From the NCBI GenBank assembly GCA_964413755.1, contig CAYPTW010000001.1:1-57012 (forward strand): a stretch of DNA of 57,012 nt. The letters are read 5' to 3'. The translations under genes were made by a program, and so were the position numbers. The notes under the pieces were generated by a model, which was not told where the DNA came from, ran no database searches, and was given only the letters and a program-made list of their open reading frames with translations. Positions 22,081 through 35,150 of the stretch are shown here, in pieces (within the stretch, counting starts at the first letter, position 1; each line of letters begins with the position of its first letter). Origin of the DNA: an uncultured Thioalkalivibrio sp. (GTDB lineage: Bacteria > Pseudomonadota > Gammaproteobacteria > Steroidobacterales > XN24).

Positions 22081-23772
22081 CTATGCGCCGCCCGCCTCGA
22101 CGACCTTGTTGATGCGCCACTGCTGCAGGATGGCGAGCAGGTTGTTGACGAACCAGTACAGCACCAGCCCCGCCGGGAAGAAGGCAAAGAACACCGTGAA
22201 GATCACCGGCAGGAGCTGCATGATCTTCGCCTGCACCGGGTCGGGCGGGGCGGGGTTCAGCTTCTGCTGGAACCACATGGTGACGCCCATCAGCAACGGC
22301 AGGATAAAGAAGGGATCGCGCTCGGACAGGTCCTGGATCCACAGCGCGAACGGCGCCTGGCGCATCTCCACGCTTTCCAGCAGCACCCAGTACAGCGCCA
22401 GGAACACCGGCATCTGCACCAGGATGGGCAGGCAGCCCGCGGCCGGATTGACCTTCTCCTTCTTGTACAGCTCCATCATCGCCTGCGACAGTTTCTGGCG
22501 ATCGTCGGCGTAGCGTTCCTGCAGCGCTTTCATGCGCGGCTGCAGCTTGCGCATCTTGGCCATGGACTTGCCGCTGGTCTCCGACAGCTTGTAGAACACC
22601 AGCTTGATCAGCACCGTCATGAGGATGATGGCCCAGCCCCAGTTGCCGACCAGGTCGTGGATCTGGGACAGCAGCCAGAACAGCGGCTGGGAGATGACGG
22701 TCAACCAGCCGTAGTCGACCGTCAGGCGCAACCTGGGGGCCGTCGCCTCGAGCTGGTCCTGCAACTTCGGGCCGACGAAGTACTGGTCGTTGAATACGGC
22801 CGTCTGCCCGGGCGGCACTGCCTTGGGCATCCCGACGGCTGTCAGGGTATACAAGCCCGCCGGGGTCGAATTGGCGCTGAACTGGGCCCGGCCGCCGGGC
22901 ACCGCGGCGGTCAGGAAATGATGCTCGATGGACGCCACCCAGCCGGCTTCGGTAGTGAACTCGAGGCCCGTCTGGGCGAGATCACCGACATCCAGCTTCT
23001 CGTACTTTTCCCCGTTGAAAGTCACCGGGCCACGGAAGGAGTAGCTCTCCACGTTGGTCAGGCTGCGTCCGGGCGGGTCATGCAGGCGCCGGATCTGCAG
23101 GTAGCTGGCACCGTCCCAGGGCGCCTCGCTGTCGTTCTGCAGCCGCTGCTCCAGTACCACGGCATAGCTGCCGCGCTCGAAGCGCCAGGTCTTGGTGACC
23201 ACCACGCCGTCTGCCAGCGTCGCGGTGAGCGGGACTTCCAGCACGTCCTGGCCGGGCTCCAGCGTGTATTCCATCCGCGGCGCGCTGAACAGGGTGTCCG
23301 AGCGCGTGGACGCAGCGGGTGCCCGCGCCGTCAGTCCGGAGCGGAACACGTAGAGACCGTCGGCGGTCGGGTCGAGGAGCTGCACCGGTACGTCGGGCGC
23401 GTTCTTGTGCACCGGGTACTCGGGCAGCAGGGCTTTCACCAGGTCGCCGCCGCGCGGGCTGATCTCCAGTTCCAGCACATCCGTGGTCACGCGGATGCGC
23501 TGCTCCGACGCCGGGGCCGTCTCGGCCGCGCCGGGGAGTGCGCGCGCCTCGGCGCCGGCCGCGGCCGGCGGCGGCGGCACGTCGCTGGCGCCCGCGTCCT
23601 CGGGTAAGGACGGGGCGGCTGCACCTGCGTCGGCGCCCGGTGCCTGGAGGGGGTCAGCGCTCTCCGCGGCGGCAGGCGGCGGCGGCGGACGCTGGTCCTG
23701 CAGGAATGCGGTGTAGTTCAACCACACCAGCAGCGCGAGGGCGATCCAGAGAAATACTCGCTGGTTATCCAT
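22081..23772 (-). CDS. yidC: Membrane protein insertase YidC
   Basis: MDNQR N-terminus, DYGWL, GNWGWAII, KEKVNPAAGCLP and GLVLYW. Confidence 0.97.
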   Translation of the reverse strand: MDNQRVFLWIALALLVWLNYTAFLQDQRPPPPPAAAESADPLQAPGADAGAAAPSLPEDAGASDVPPPPAAAGAEARALPGAAETAPASEQRIRVTTDVLELEISPRGGDLVKALLPEYPVHKNAPDVPVQLLDPTADGLYVFRSGLTARAPAASTRSDTLFSAPRMEYTLEPGQDVLEVPLTATLADGVVVTKTWRFERGSYAVVLEQRLQNDSEAPWDGASYLQIRRLHDPPGRSLTNVESYSFRGPVTFNGEKYEKLDVGDLAQTGLEFTTEAGWVASIEHHFLTAAVPGGRAQFSANSTPAGLYTLTAVGMPKAVPPGQTAVFNDQYFVGPKLQDQLEATAPRLRLTVDYGWLTVISQPLFWLLSQIHDLVGNWGWAIILMTVLIKLVFYKLSETSGKSMAKMRKLQPRMKALQERYADDRQKLSQAMMELYKKEKVNPAAGCLPILVQMPVFLALYWVLLESVEMRQAPFALWIQDLSERDPFFILPLLMGVTMWFQQKLNPAPPDPVQAKIMQLLPVIFTVFFAFFPAGLVLYWFVNNLLAILQQWRINKVVEAGGA

Positions 23773-23788
23773 GAGCTTGCGGGGTTCC

Positions 23789-24016
23789 TCAGGCGGTGGG
23801 CTGACGCGGCGGCACAGGGTCGTGGCCGGCGTCGCCCCAGGGATGGCAGCGACCGATGCGGCGCAGGGCCAGCCACGATCCGCGCGCGAGTCCGTGGGTG
23901 CGGAGCGCCTCGATGGCGTACTCGGAGCAGGTGGGATGGAAACGGCAGTTGTTGCCCAGCAGGGGGCTCAACAACAACTGGTAACCGCGGATCAGGAAGA
24001 TCGCGATGCTTCGCAT
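23789..24016 (-). CDS. yidD: Membrane protein insertion efficiency factor YidD
   Basis: [18 protein letters not shown] and [13 protein letters not shown]. Confidence 0.95.
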   Translation of the reverse strand: MRSIAIFLIRGYQLLLSPLLGNNCRFHPTCSEYAIEALRTHGLARGSWLALRRIGRCHPWGDAGHDPVPPRQPTA

Positions 24017-24492
24017 GTACGTGCCGTCCGTTCCAACAAGGCTTCGATGCTCGCCGTGAGCTCTCGATTGTCGCATGCCGCGGCGCCCGGTCGCGCCATC
24101 ACGACGATGTCCACCACCGGCAGGTCCGGTCGGCGACGGAAACATTCTCTCACGAGACGCTTGATGCGATTCCGTTGCACTGCCCGCCGCGAGACCTTGC
24201 GCGAGATGGCCAGCCCTAAGCGGGGCAAGGGGCCGGTTCCGGGCGCGAAAACGAGAGAGAAATAGCGGTCCCCATGACGGCGTCCAGTCCTGAAAACCCT
24301 GCCGAACTCCGGCGGGGACAACAGGCGCTGCTGGCGAGCGAACGCGAACGGGCGCCGGGTGGCCTCGTGCTCGCCGCCTGCAGACGGGCCGTCGGCCCGC
24401 AGCTCAGACAGCGAGTCGGGCGCGGCCCTTGGCGCGCCGGCGCGAGAGCACCTGCCGGCCGTTCTTGGTGGCCATGCGGGCACGGAAGCCAT
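23992..24492 (-). CDS. rnpA: Ribonuclease P protein component (start unresolved)
   Basis: FARQQRLL...[12 protein letters not shown] and [13 protein letters not shown] (RNR motif). The only in-frame ATG/GTG upstream of the conserved region lie inside rpmH. Confidence 0.88.
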   Translation of the reverse strand: MASVPAWPPRTAGRCSRAGAPRAAPDSLSELRADGPSAGGEHEATRRPFAFARQQRLLSPPEFGRVFRTGRRHGDRYFSLVFAPGTGPLPRLGLAISRKVSRRAVQRNRIKRLVRECFRRRPDLPVVDIVVMARPGAAACDNRELTASIEALLERTARTCEASRSS

Positions 24493-24538
24493 GCGTACGC
24501 TTGCGGCGCAGATTGCTCGGTTGATAAGTGCGTTTCAT
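24404..24538 (-). CDS. rpmH: 50S ribosomal protein L34
   Basis: [44 protein letters not shown], 44 aa. Confidence 0.98.
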   Translation of the reverse strand: MKRTYQPSNLRRKRTHGFRARMATKNGRQVLSRRRAKGRARLAV

Positions 24539-24666
24539 CGTACTGATTCCGTCCGAGAAGTACCGGCGGCCGGCCCCGGCGGGACCTGCCAAAAAGACGC
24601 GGAAGCGTACTTGCAGGGCGGTGCGCTGTCAACCGAGACCCGGCGCGGCAGAGGTGGCTGGCGGCC

Positions 24667-24675
24667 TGTGGATAA
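24667..24675 (-). promoter_or_regulatory. DnaA box in the dnaA promoter region (autoregulation)
   Basis: TGTGGATAA is a perfect TTATCCACA on the minus strand, about 70 bp before dnaA. Confidence 0.85.
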
Positions 24676-24743
24676 CCCGGGCGCGGCAAGATAGACTGCG
24701 GCTCTCTCCGGCAACCCCGACAACACGACGCACAGGACGCAAA

Positions 24744-26090
24744 GTGGCGGCCGCCTGGCATCAATGTCTCAACAGGCTCAGGAACGAACTGTCCCCGGAC
24801 CAGTTCAACACCTACGTCGCCCCCCTGCAGGCGATCAGCGAGGGTAATTCCCTGCGTTTGCTGGCGCCGAACCCCTACGTCGTGGCGTGGTTGCGCCAGC
24901 ATTGCCTGGAGCGGATCCGCGAGCTGGCACGCACGCCCGACGACGGCAGCGCCTCGCTCGACGTTTCCATCGACGTGGGTTCGCGCATGACAGGCGCCAG
25001 TATGGAGGTCGTCTCCGGCACGCGGGCGACGCCGGCGCCGGTCGCACCGCCGCGCAGCGAGTTTCTCAGCGGCGCGCGGCTGAACCCCGACTTCACTTTC
25101 GACAGCTTCGTCGAGGGCAAGAGCAACCAGCTGGCCAAAGCCGGTGCTTTCCAGGTGGCCGAGAACCCGGGCGGCTCATACAACCCGCTGTTCCTGTACG
25201 GCGGTGTCGGGCTGGGCAAGACGCACCTGATGCATGCCATCGGCAACAGCATCCTGGCCCGCAACCCGGGGGCGCGCGTCGCTTACGTCCACTCCGAGCG
25301 CTTCGTCAGCGACATGGTGCGGGCGCTGCAAAACAACCGCATCGACGAGTTCAAGCGCAGCTACCGCTCCTTGAACGCGCTGCTCATCGACGATATCCAG
25401 TTTTTCGCCGGGAAAGACCGCTCCCAGGAGGAGTTCTTCCACACCTTCAATGCGCTGTTCGAGGAACGCCAGCAGATCGTGCTGTCGTGCGACCGCTACC
25501 CGAAGGAAGTCGACGGCCTCGAGGACCGCCTCAAGACCCGCTTCGGCTGGGGCCTGACGGTCGCCATCGAGGCGCCGGAGCTGGAGACCAGCGTGGCGAT
25601 CCTGATGAAAAAGGCGAGCCAGGAGGGAGTGACTCTGCCCTCCGAGGTGGCTTTCCTCATCGCCAAGCGCATCCGCTCCAACGTCAGGGAACTCGAAGGG
25701 GCGCTGCGCCGCGTGATCGCCACCTCGCGTTTCCTGGACCGGGAAATCACCATGGATTTCGCCAAAAAGGCACTCGGTGACCTCCTGTCCCTGCAAGACC
25801 GCCTGGTGACCATCGAGAACATCCAGAAGACGGTGGCGCAGTATTACAAGATCCGCGTGGCGGACCTGATGTCGAAACGGCGCAACCGGGCGGTGGCCAG
25901 GCCGCGGCAGATCGCGATGTCGCTGGCAAAGGAACTGACGGAACGCAGCTACCCGGAAATCGGCGATGCCTTCGGCGGCAAGGACCACACCACGGTGCTG
26001 CATGCCTGCAAGCGGATCAAGGAACTTCGGGAAAGCGACACGCGGGTAAGAGAGGATTACGCAAACCTGTTGAGAACCCTGACGGCTTGA
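24744..26090 (+). CDS. dnaA: Chromosomal replication initiator DnaA
   Basis: GTG start, [35 protein letters not shown] and [12 protein letters not shown]. Confidence 0.98.
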   Translation: MAAAWHQCLNRLRNELSPDQFNTYVAPLQAISEGNSLRLLAPNPYVVAWLRQHCLERIRELARTPDDGSASLDVSIDVGSRMTGASMEVVSGTRATPAPVAPPRSEFLSGARLNPDFTFDSFVEGKSNQLAKAGAFQVAENPGGSYNPLFLYGGVGLGKTHLMHAIGNSILARNPGARVAYVHSERFVSDMVRALQNNRIDEFKRSYRSLNALLIDDIQFFAGKDRSQEEFFHTFNALFEERQQIVLSCDRYPKEVDGLEDRLKTRFGWGLTVAIEAPELETSVAILMKKASQEGVTLPSEVAFLIAKRIRSNVRELEGALRRVIATSRFLDREITMDFAKKALGDLLSLQDRLVTIENIQKTVAQYYKIRVADLMSKRRNRAVARPRQIAMSLAKELTERSYPEIGDAFGGKDHTTVLHACKRIKELRESDTRVREDYANLLRTLTA

Positions 26091-26308
26091 TGTGCACAAG
26101 CTGTGGATAACTTGCACGGGAAAAAGCATCCACAGGTCGTCCACAGGCTGTCGGCGCGGCCACGGTCACTTGCCCACACGCTTTGATGGCACTTAACTTA
26201 TTGTTTTAATTAGATTTATTTGAGTATTCCCGGAATTCCGCCGGGCTAACAATAGTAATAACAGTCTTTATCTATATACCTTAATACTATTAGTGAACAG
26301 GTGAACCG
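26091..26308. other. Replication origin oriC (dnaA-dnaN intergenic)
   Basis: Perfect DnaA box at 26102-26110 and degenerate boxes at 26091-26099, 26126-26134, 26137-26145 and 26170-26178. IHF-like site at 26194-26206. AT-rich tract about 26191-26295 in a GC-rich genome. TAA-CAA-TAG-TAA-TAA-CAG triplets at 26247-26264. Confidence 0.85.
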
Positions 26309-27409
26309 ATGAAGTTCAGCGCACCCAGAGAGACCCTGCTTGAACCCCTCCAGGCCGTCATCGGTGTGGTCGAACGGCGCCAGACGATGCCGGTACTGGC
26401 GAACGTGCTCGTCAGCGTGAAGGAAGGAGAAGGTCTGGCGGTTACCGCCACCGACCTGGAAGTGGAGCTGGTCGCCCGAGTGGAAGTCGCAGTGGACAAG
26501 GGTGGCGAAATCACGGTGCCGGGGCGCAAGCTGCTGGATATCTGCCGGGCCCTGCCGGAAGGGGCATCTGTCAGCTTCAGCCTCTCCGGAGAGAAAGTGA
26601 CGGTGCGCTCCGGTCGCAGCCGGTTCACCTTGTCGACATTGCCGGCCGGGGACTTCCCCGTGGTTGAAGACATCAAGGCGCAGCAGAAGCTGACGCTGCC
26701 GCAGGAGCTCCTGCACCGGCTGATCGAGAAGACCCAGTTCTCCATGGCGAACCAGGACGTGCGCTATTACCTGAACGGCATGCTGCTGGAAGTTGCCGAT
26801 GCGATCGTGCGCAGCGTCGCCACCGACGGCCACCGCCTGGCATTGTGTGAGCTGACGGTGAAGGGCATGGATTCGACGCCGCAGCAGGTTATTTTGCCGC
26901 GCAAGGGCGTGCTCGAGCTGCAACGACTCATGGGAAGCGAAGGTGACTGCACCCTGGAGATCGGCACCAATCACCTGCGCGTGGCGCTGCCCGGGATCCA
27001 GTTGACCTCCAAGCTGATCGACGGACGCTTCCCGGACTACGAGCGCGTCATCCCCAAGGAGAGCGAGGCGCCGATGCTTGCCGACCGGGTGCAGCTCGCC
27101 GAGTGCCTGGGACGGATCCGGATCCTGGCCAACGAAAAGTACAAGGGCGTCAGGGTCGAGTTGAAGCCGGGCAGCGTCACTGTGCAGGCGCATAACCCGG
27201 AGCAGGAAGAGGCCGAGGAGGAAATCGAGGTGCAATACGACGGCGCCGAGATGGAAATCGGTTTCAACGTGGAATACCTGATCGCTGCATTGCGCGCTTT
27301 GGACGACGAGCAGGTCCGCCTCGAGTTTCGCGATTCGGCCAGCAGTTGCCTCATCCAGGATCCCGAGCGCCGCGATTGCAAGTACGTCGTGATGCCGATG
27401 CGGCTATAG
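26309..27409 (+). CDS. dnaN: DNA polymerase III beta clamp
   Basis: ATDLEVE, QDVRYYLNG, VATDGHRLA, GRFPDY and C-terminal VVMPMRL; 366 aa. Confidence 0.98.
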   Translation: MKFSAPRETLLEPLQAVIGVVERRQTMPVLANVLVSVKEGEGLAVTATDLEVELVARVEVAVDKGGEITVPGRKLLDICRALPEGASVSFSLSGEKVTVRSGRSRFTLSTLPAGDFPVVEDIKAQQKLTLPQELLHRLIEKTQFSMANQDVRYYLNGMLLEVADAIVRSVATDGHRLALCELTVKGMDSTPQQVILPRKGVLELQRLMGSEGDCTLEIGTNHLRVALPGIQLTSKLIDGRFPDYERVIPKESEAPMLADRVQLAECLGRIRILANEKYKGVRVELKPGSVTVQAHNPEQEEAEEEIEVQYDGAEMEIGFNVEYLIAALRALDDEQVRLEFRDSASSCLIQDPERRDCKYVVMPMRL

Positions 27410-27416
27410 GCTCCAC

Positions 27417-28467
27417 ATGGGGCTGAAAAGCCTGAAGATCGGCCAATTCCGGTGTTTTGAAGACGCAGAACTGGAGCCGGTTCCCGGCATCAACCTGGTA
27501 ACGGGAATGAACGCCTCGGGCAAGACCAGCTTGCTCGAGGCGATTTTCTTGCTGGGCCGCGGCCGGTCTTTCCGCAGCGCCAGGCGGGAAGCACTCATCC
27601 GCGAAGGGGCCGATCGCCTGCGAGCCGTGGCCAGGGTGGCTGACGGCCGGGTACTTGGGATGGAAGTGAGTCGAGACGCCTGGGTAGCGCGCGCCGGTGG
27701 CGACGCGGTTACGCAGCTGTCACAGCTCTCTGACTGGCTCGCCGTGCAAGTCATGGATCCGGAGGTGCACCGGCTGGTGCAGGAAGGCCCCGGGGAGCGG
27801 CGGCGCTACCTCGACTGGGCGACGTTTCACGTGAAACCCGGTTTCCTCGAGGCCTGGCGCAATTACCAGCGGGCACTCCGACAGAGGAATTCGGCTCTCA
27901 AAGCCGGCCAGCCCGATACCGCGGTGGAGCTCTGGGAACGGACTCTGATCAGTGAAGGAGAGCGCCTGGACGAGTACCGCAGCGAGACCGTGCGCGCCTT
28001 GCAGGAGCCGGTGCGGCAGGTGGCTGAGAAGCTGCTGGGCGTAGAGGTCGCGATCGAGTACCGGCCCGGGCATCCCCAGGGAACCAGTCTTGCCGAAGCC
28101 CTGGCGGCGCACCGGCCGCGCGATCGCAAGGCCGGGATGACGCAGGTGGGCCCGCATCGGGCCGATCTTCACTTGAGGCTGGATGATCACAAGGCACGCG
28201 GCTGGGTGTCTCGAGGCCAGCAAAAACTGCTTGCGGCGTCGCTGGTGCTGGGCCAGGCAGAGTTGCTGGCGCCGATCTGGGGCGGGCGCGGCGTGCTCCT
28301 GATCGACGACCCGGCCGCGGAGCTGGACCGCTCTCGCTGTGAGGCGTTACTCGGGCTGATCGCGCAGAGCCCGTTCCAGGTCTTCGTTACGGCACTGGAT
28401 GCCGAGGCCCTGCCAGGCTTCCAGGCGGACGCCACGTTTCACGTGGAACAAGGGAAAGTGCGTCGGG

Positions 28468-28475
<8 letters not shown>
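27417..28475 (+). CDS. recF: DNA replication/repair protein RecF
   Basis: GMNASGKTSLLEAI, GPHRADL, SRGQQK and LLIDD..AELD. Lies between dnaN and gyrB. Confidence 0.95.
27823..27838. promoter_or_regulatory. parS site 1 (within recF)
   Basis: CGTTTCACGTGAAACC: a perfect 14 bp palindromic core of the parS consensus TGTTTCACGTGAAACA. Confidence 0.85.
28435..28450. promoter_or_regulatory. parS site 2 (3' end of recF)
   Basis: CGTTTCACGTGGAACA matches the parS consensus. Confidence 0.88.
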
Positions 28476-30920
<2,445 letters not shown>

Positions 30921-31003
30921 CGCGTTTTAGCCGCATATCGCTCCAATTTGCCAGTTTTTCGGCGCCTATTCCGGCGTCGGATTTCATCCCTCGATCGTCC
31001 AGA

Positions 31004-31024
31004 TATACATAATTCTGTATACAA
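31004..31024. promoter_or_regulatory. AT-rich palindrome between the convergent gyrB and plsC genes (possible TF operator)
   Basis: TATACA-TAATTC-TGTATA overlapping TGTATACA. Confidence 0.35.
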
Positions 31025-31079
31025 ACTAGATCATTTCCACAGGAACGAATCCTGAGGCTGCCGCGCTACGGCCAGCGCC

Positions 31080-31829
31080 TCAGGCGCGGGCCACGCCCTG
31101 GGCGGTACGCGGCTTCGCACGTGCCGGGCTGATCCGGTCCGTGGTGGCCTCGATCCAGGCCCGCCCGCGTGCAGTGATTTCCTCCGGTGTCAGGTCCCGG
31201 GTGTCGATGGGCGGGCCGATGACCATGCGGATCGTGCCCGGACGCTTGAGCAGGCTGCGGCGCGGCCAGAAGTCACCCGCGTTGTGCGTCACGGGCAGGA
31301 TGGGGCATCCGGCAGCCTTGGCCAGGGCAGCCCCGCTGATGCCGAAGCGCCGCTCGTGGCCGGGCAGGACCCGCGTGCCTTCGGGGTAGATGACCACGCA
31401 CAGGCCTTGCCGGAGGCGCTCCTGGCCCTGGCCGATCACCTGCTTGACCGCGGTGCGACCGGCCGCGCGATTGATGGCGATCGGCTTCAGCAGTGCAAGC
31501 CCCCAGCCGAAGAACGGCAGCCACATCAGCTCCCGCTTCACCACCCAGGTCTGCGGCGGCAGCGTGAGGGCGCCGGCCATGGTTTCCCACACCGATTCGT
31601 GCTTCCAGTACAGGACGCAGGGCCGGGCCGGCACGTGCTCGAGACCTTCGACCACGAAGTCGAGCCGGCACAGCTTGCGCAACATCCACAGGTTGACCTG
31701 CGCCCAGTTCACGGCGACCCGGTAATACACGCGGTGGCCGAAGGGACTGAGCAGCAGCACCGCCGTGGCGTGCACCGGCACGGACAGGAACAGGAAAGCC
31801 GTGTACAGGAAGGAGCGCAGCCAGCTCAT
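31080..31829 (-). CDS. plsC: 1-acyl-sn-glycerol-3-phosphate acyltransferase family
   Basis: KHESVWET (variant of HX4D), VKREL..LPFFGW and YPEGTR. Downstream of glyS. Confidence 0.88.
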   Translation of the reverse strand: MSWLRSFLYTAFLFLSVPVHATAVLLLSPFGHRVYYRVAVNWAQVNLWMLRKLCRLDFVVEGLEHVPARPCVLYWKHESVWETMAGALTLPPQTWVVKRELMWLPFFGWGLALLKPIAINRAAGRTAVKQVIGQGQERLRQGLCVVIYPEGTRVLPGHERRFGISGAALAKAAGCPILPVTHNAGDFWPRRSLLKRPGTIRMVIGPPIDTRDLTPEEITARGRAWIEATTDRISPARAKPRTAQGVARA

Positions 31830-31842
31830 GGGCCGCGTCCCG

Positions 31843-33933
31843 TCACCCTGCCGGCGCGCCGAGACGGGACACGTCGGCGATGTCGGTGAACAGCGCCCGC
31901 AGCTGCGCCAGCAACGCCAGCCGGTTGTCGCGCACGGCCGGGTCCGGGTCCATCACCAGCACCTCGTCGAAGAACCGGTCCACCACGCCGCGCAGCCCCG
32001 CGAGTTTCTCCAGCGCCTCACGGTAACGCCGCGCAGCTACCAGCGGCGTAACCTCTGCCCGCAGCGCCTCGACGCGCTCATGCAACGCCCGTTCCGCTGC
32101 GGCTTGCAACAAGGTGGCGTCCACCGTGTCGGTGCCGTTCCCGTCAGCCTGCCGCAGGATATTTGCAATCCGCTTGTTGGCTGCCGCCAGCGCCGCTGCC
32201 GCTTCCAGCCGCTGGAACTCCAGCACCGCGGCCAGGCGTTCATGGAAGTCCAGCAGCGAGCGCGGCCGCCGCGCCAGCACCGCCGCGAACGCGTCGTGCG
32301 ATGCCACCAGCGTGCCGCCACCCTCGAGGTAGTAGCCGCGCAGCCGTTCCAGCAGGAATTCCCAGATATCGCCCGCGAGCGTGGCCTCGGTTGCGACCGG
32401 CTGCGCCGCCACCGCACTCTCGATCAGCGCCGGCAGCTCCAGGTCCAGTTCGCACTCGATGCAGATGCGCAGCACCCCGAGCGCAGCACGCCGGATACCG
32501 AACGGGTCCTTGTTGCCGGTGGGCCGCTGGCCGATGGCGAATATCCCGGCAATGGTGTCCAGCTTCTCCGCCAGCGCCAGGGCCTGGCCGGTGCGCGTCG
32601 CCGGGACGCGGTCGCCGGCAAAGCGCGGCAGGTACTGTTCTTCCAGTGCTGCGGCCAACTCGGGCGCGAGGCCGTCGGCGAGCGCGTAATAACGGCCCAT
32701 CACGCCCTGCAGCTCCGGGAACTCGCCCACCATCGAGGTCACGAGGTCGCACTTCGCCAGCCGCGCCGCCTCTTCCGCAAGCTCGACATCCGCCTGCAGC
32801 AGGCCCGCGATTTCACCGGCGAGGGCCGCCGTGCGCGCGCTCTTGGCGCCGATGCTGCCGAGCTTCGCCTGGAACACGACGCTGTCCAGCAGCGCGGTGC
32901 GGGCCGCCAGCGGGGCGCGCCGGTCCTGGGCCCAGAAAAATGCGGCATCGGCCAGGCGTGGGCGCACCACCCGTTCGTTGCCAATGCGTACGGCGTCCGG
33001 CTGCGGGCTGTCCAGGTTGCTGATGGTGATGAACTGCGGCGCCAGGTGCCCGTCCGGGGCCCGCACCGGGAAGTAGCGCTGGTGGTCCTGCAACGTGGCG
33101 ATCAGCACCTCCTCCGGCAGCTCGAGGAAACGCGCCTCGAACTCCCCCGTCACGGCAACCGGCCATTCCACCAGCGCCGTGACTTCGTCCAGCAAGGCCG
33201 GGTCGAGGACCAGGTGCCCGCCCTGGGCCTGGGCCGCGGTCTCCGCCTCGGCACGAATGCGCTCGCGGCGCGCGGCGAAGCTCGCCACTACGAAACCTTC
33301 TTCCTCCAGCCGCGCCGGATACTCCCCCGGTCCGGCCAGCGTCAGCCCGCCCGGGCCCATGAAGCGGTGGCCGCGGGTCTCGCGCCCGGCCGCCACGCCG
33401 AACAGCTTGCAGGGCACGACGTCCTGGCCCAGCAGCATGACCAGCCAGTGCACGGGCCGCACGAACTCGGCCTCGGAGGCGCCCCAGCGCATGCGCCGCG
33501 GCACCGGCAAGGCGCCGAGCGCGCCCTCCACCAGCCGGGGCAGCAGCGCCGCGGCCGCTTCGCCGTGCTCCAGTTTCAGCGCGTACACGTAGGCGCCCTT
33601 TTCTTCCTCGCGCTCCACCAGTGCGTCGACCTCGACGCCGGCCCCGGCGGCGAACTTCTCCGCCGCCTTGGTCCAGGCGCCGTCAACGCGCGCGACGCGC
33701 AGCGGCGGTCCACGCAGGACGACTTCCTGGTCGGCCTGGCGCGTTTCCAGGCGGTGCACCTTGACCGCGAGGCGTCGCGGCGAAGCGAAGGACTCGACCT
33801 GGCCGTGGCCCAGCCGGGCCTCCGCGAGGCGCGCCACCAGCCCGTCGCGAAACGCCTGCTCCAGCGCCGGCAGCGCCTTGGGCGGCAGCTCCTCGGTACC
33901 CAGTTCGACGAGGAAATCGGCGCGCTCAGTCAT
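31843..33933 (-). CDS. glyS: Glycine-tRNA ligase beta subunit
   Basis: [38 protein letters not shown] and EFPELQG. Confidence 0.98.
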   Translation of the reverse strand: MTERADFLVELGTEELPPKALPALEQAFRDGLVARLAEARLGHGQVESFASPRRLAVKVHRLETRQADQEVVLRGPPLRVARVDGAWTKAAEKFAAGAGVEVDALVEREEEKGAYVYALKLEHGEAAAALLPRLVEGALGALPVPRRMRWGASEAEFVRPVHWLVMLLGQDVVPCKLFGVAAGRETRGHRFMGPGGLTLAGPGEYPARLEEEGFVVASFAARRERIRAEAETAAQAQGGHLVLDPALLDEVTALVEWPVAVTGEFEARFLELPEEVLIATLQDHQRYFPVRAPDGHLAPQFITISNLDSPQPDAVRIGNERVVRPRLADAAFFWAQDRRAPLAARTALLDSVVFQAKLGSIGAKSARTAALAGEIAGLLQADVELAEEAARLAKCDLVTSMVGEFPELQGVMGRYYALADGLAPELAAALEEQYLPRFAGDRVPATRTGQALALAEKLDTIAGIFAIGQRPTGNKDPFGIRRAALGVLRICIECELDLELPALIESAVAAQPVATEATLAGDIWEFLLERLRGYYLEGGGTLVASHDAFAAVLARRPRSLLDFHERLAAVLEFQRLEAAAALAAANKRIANILRQADGNGTDTVDATLLQAAAERALHERVEALRAEVTPLVAARRYREALEKLAGLRGVVDRFFDEVLVMDPDPAVRDNRLALLAQLRALFTDIADVSRLGAPAG

Positions 33934-34858
33934 GCGTCGCCTCCTGCGCCCGCGCCAGCATCGGGAAACCGAGCGTCTCGCGGCTGGCGTAATAGGCTTC
34001 CGCCACGTTGCGCGCCATGGTGCGCACCCGCAGGATGAAGCGCTGCCGCTCGGTCACCGAGATGGCCTTGCGCGCATCCAGCAGGTTGAACACGTGCGAG
34101 GCCTTGAGCACCTGCTCGTAGGCGGGCAAGGCCAGCGCCCGGGCCAGCAGCGCCGAACACGCCGCTTCGTGCTCGTCGAACAGCCGGAACAGGACCTTCA
34201 CATCGGCCTGCTCGAAGTTGTAGGTCGACATCTCCACTTCGTTCTGGTGGTACACGTCGCCGTAGCTCACGCGCCCCAGCGGGCCGTCGGCCCAGCACAG
34301 GTCGAACACGCTGTCGACGCCCTGCAGGTACATGGCGATGCGTTCCAGCCCGTAGGTGATCTCGCCCGTCACCGGGCGACAATCGAGGCCGCCGACCTGC
34401 TGGAAATAGGTGAACTGGGTGATCTCCATGCCGTTCAGCCAGACCTCCCAGCCCAGGCCCCAGGCGCCCAGGGTCGGGGACTCCCAGTTGTCCTCCACGA
34501 AACGGATGTCATGCACGCGCGGGTCGATCCCCACGGCGCGCAGCGAATCGAGGTAGAGCTCCTGGATTTCCAGCGGCGACGGCTTGATGACGACCTGGAA
34601 CTGGTAGTAGTGCTGCAGGCGGAAGGGGTTGTCGCCATAGCGTCCGTCCGTCGGCCGGCGGCAGGGCTGCACGTAGGCGGCGCTCCACGGCTCCGGGCCG
34701 ATGGCGCGCAGGAAGGTCGCCGGATGGAAGGTGCCGGCCCCCACCTCGAGGTCCAGCGGCTGCATCAGCACGCAACCCGCATCGGCCCAGTAGCGTTGCA
34801 GCCTGAGCAGCAGGTCCTGGAATGTGGCCGGAGCCACGCCGATATCCGCCGATGCCAT
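33926..34858 (-). CDS. glyQ: Glycine-tRNA ligase alpha subunit
   Basis: [40 protein letters not shown] and EITYGLER. Confidence 0.98.
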   Translation of the reverse strand: MASADIGVAPATFQDLLLRLQRYWADAGCVLMQPLDLEVGAGTFHPATFLRAIGPEPWSAAYVQPCRRPTDGRYGDNPFRLQHYYQFQVVIKPSPLEIQELYLDSLRAVGIDPRVHDIRFVEDNWESPTLGAWGLGWEVWLNGMEITQFTYFQQVGGLDCRPVTGEITYGLERIAMYLQGVDSVFDLCWADGPLGRVSYGDVYHQNEVEMSTYNFEQADVKVLFRLFDEHEAACSALLARALALPAYEQVLKASHVFNLLDARKAISVTERQRFILRVRTMARNVAEAYYASRETLGFPMLARAQEATHD

Positions 34859-34916
34859 GCCTGTCCCCATGCCGAAAAGGCGCGAAAGTATAACCCACGG
34901 GCGAAAGCCGCCGTTG

Positions 34917-34964
34917 CGGTCTATTCTGGTGCAAGGCGCAGGCGCTTTGCACCGCCGTGGTGCG
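34917..34964. promoter_or_regulatory. Tandem NtrC enhancer sites for glnA
   Basis: CGGTCTATTCTGGTGCA (34917-34933, half match) and TGCACCGCCGTGGTGCG (34948-34964), 31 bp apart, against the consensus TGCACC-N5-GGTGCA. Confidence 0.75.
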
Positions 34965-35038
34965 GCCTGGCTGCATGCCCGGGACGGCCTGGCCGCGCGA
35001 GTCCTTGATCGACAAGGGCCGCGGCGAGCGCACCGCGC

Positions 35039-35054
35039 TGGCATGGTTCCTGCA
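35039..35054 (+). promoter_or_regulatory. sigma54 (-24/-12) promoter of glnA
   Basis: TGGCATGGTTCCTGCA with exact GG-N10-GC spacing, downstream of the NtrC sites. Confidence 0.8.
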
Positions 35055-35150
35055 TTGCAACATGACGATGATTCACCATCGCCTGTCGAACCCCGGCACA
35101 CAGTCCGGGGAGACGGGCTCCTTAGCATCCAGACTCGGAGGAATGACCCG

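Noticed and set aside
31015-31030. Possible LexA box CTGTATACAAACTAGA
   Set aside because: The right half does not fit CTG-N10-CAG, and there is no downstream gene.
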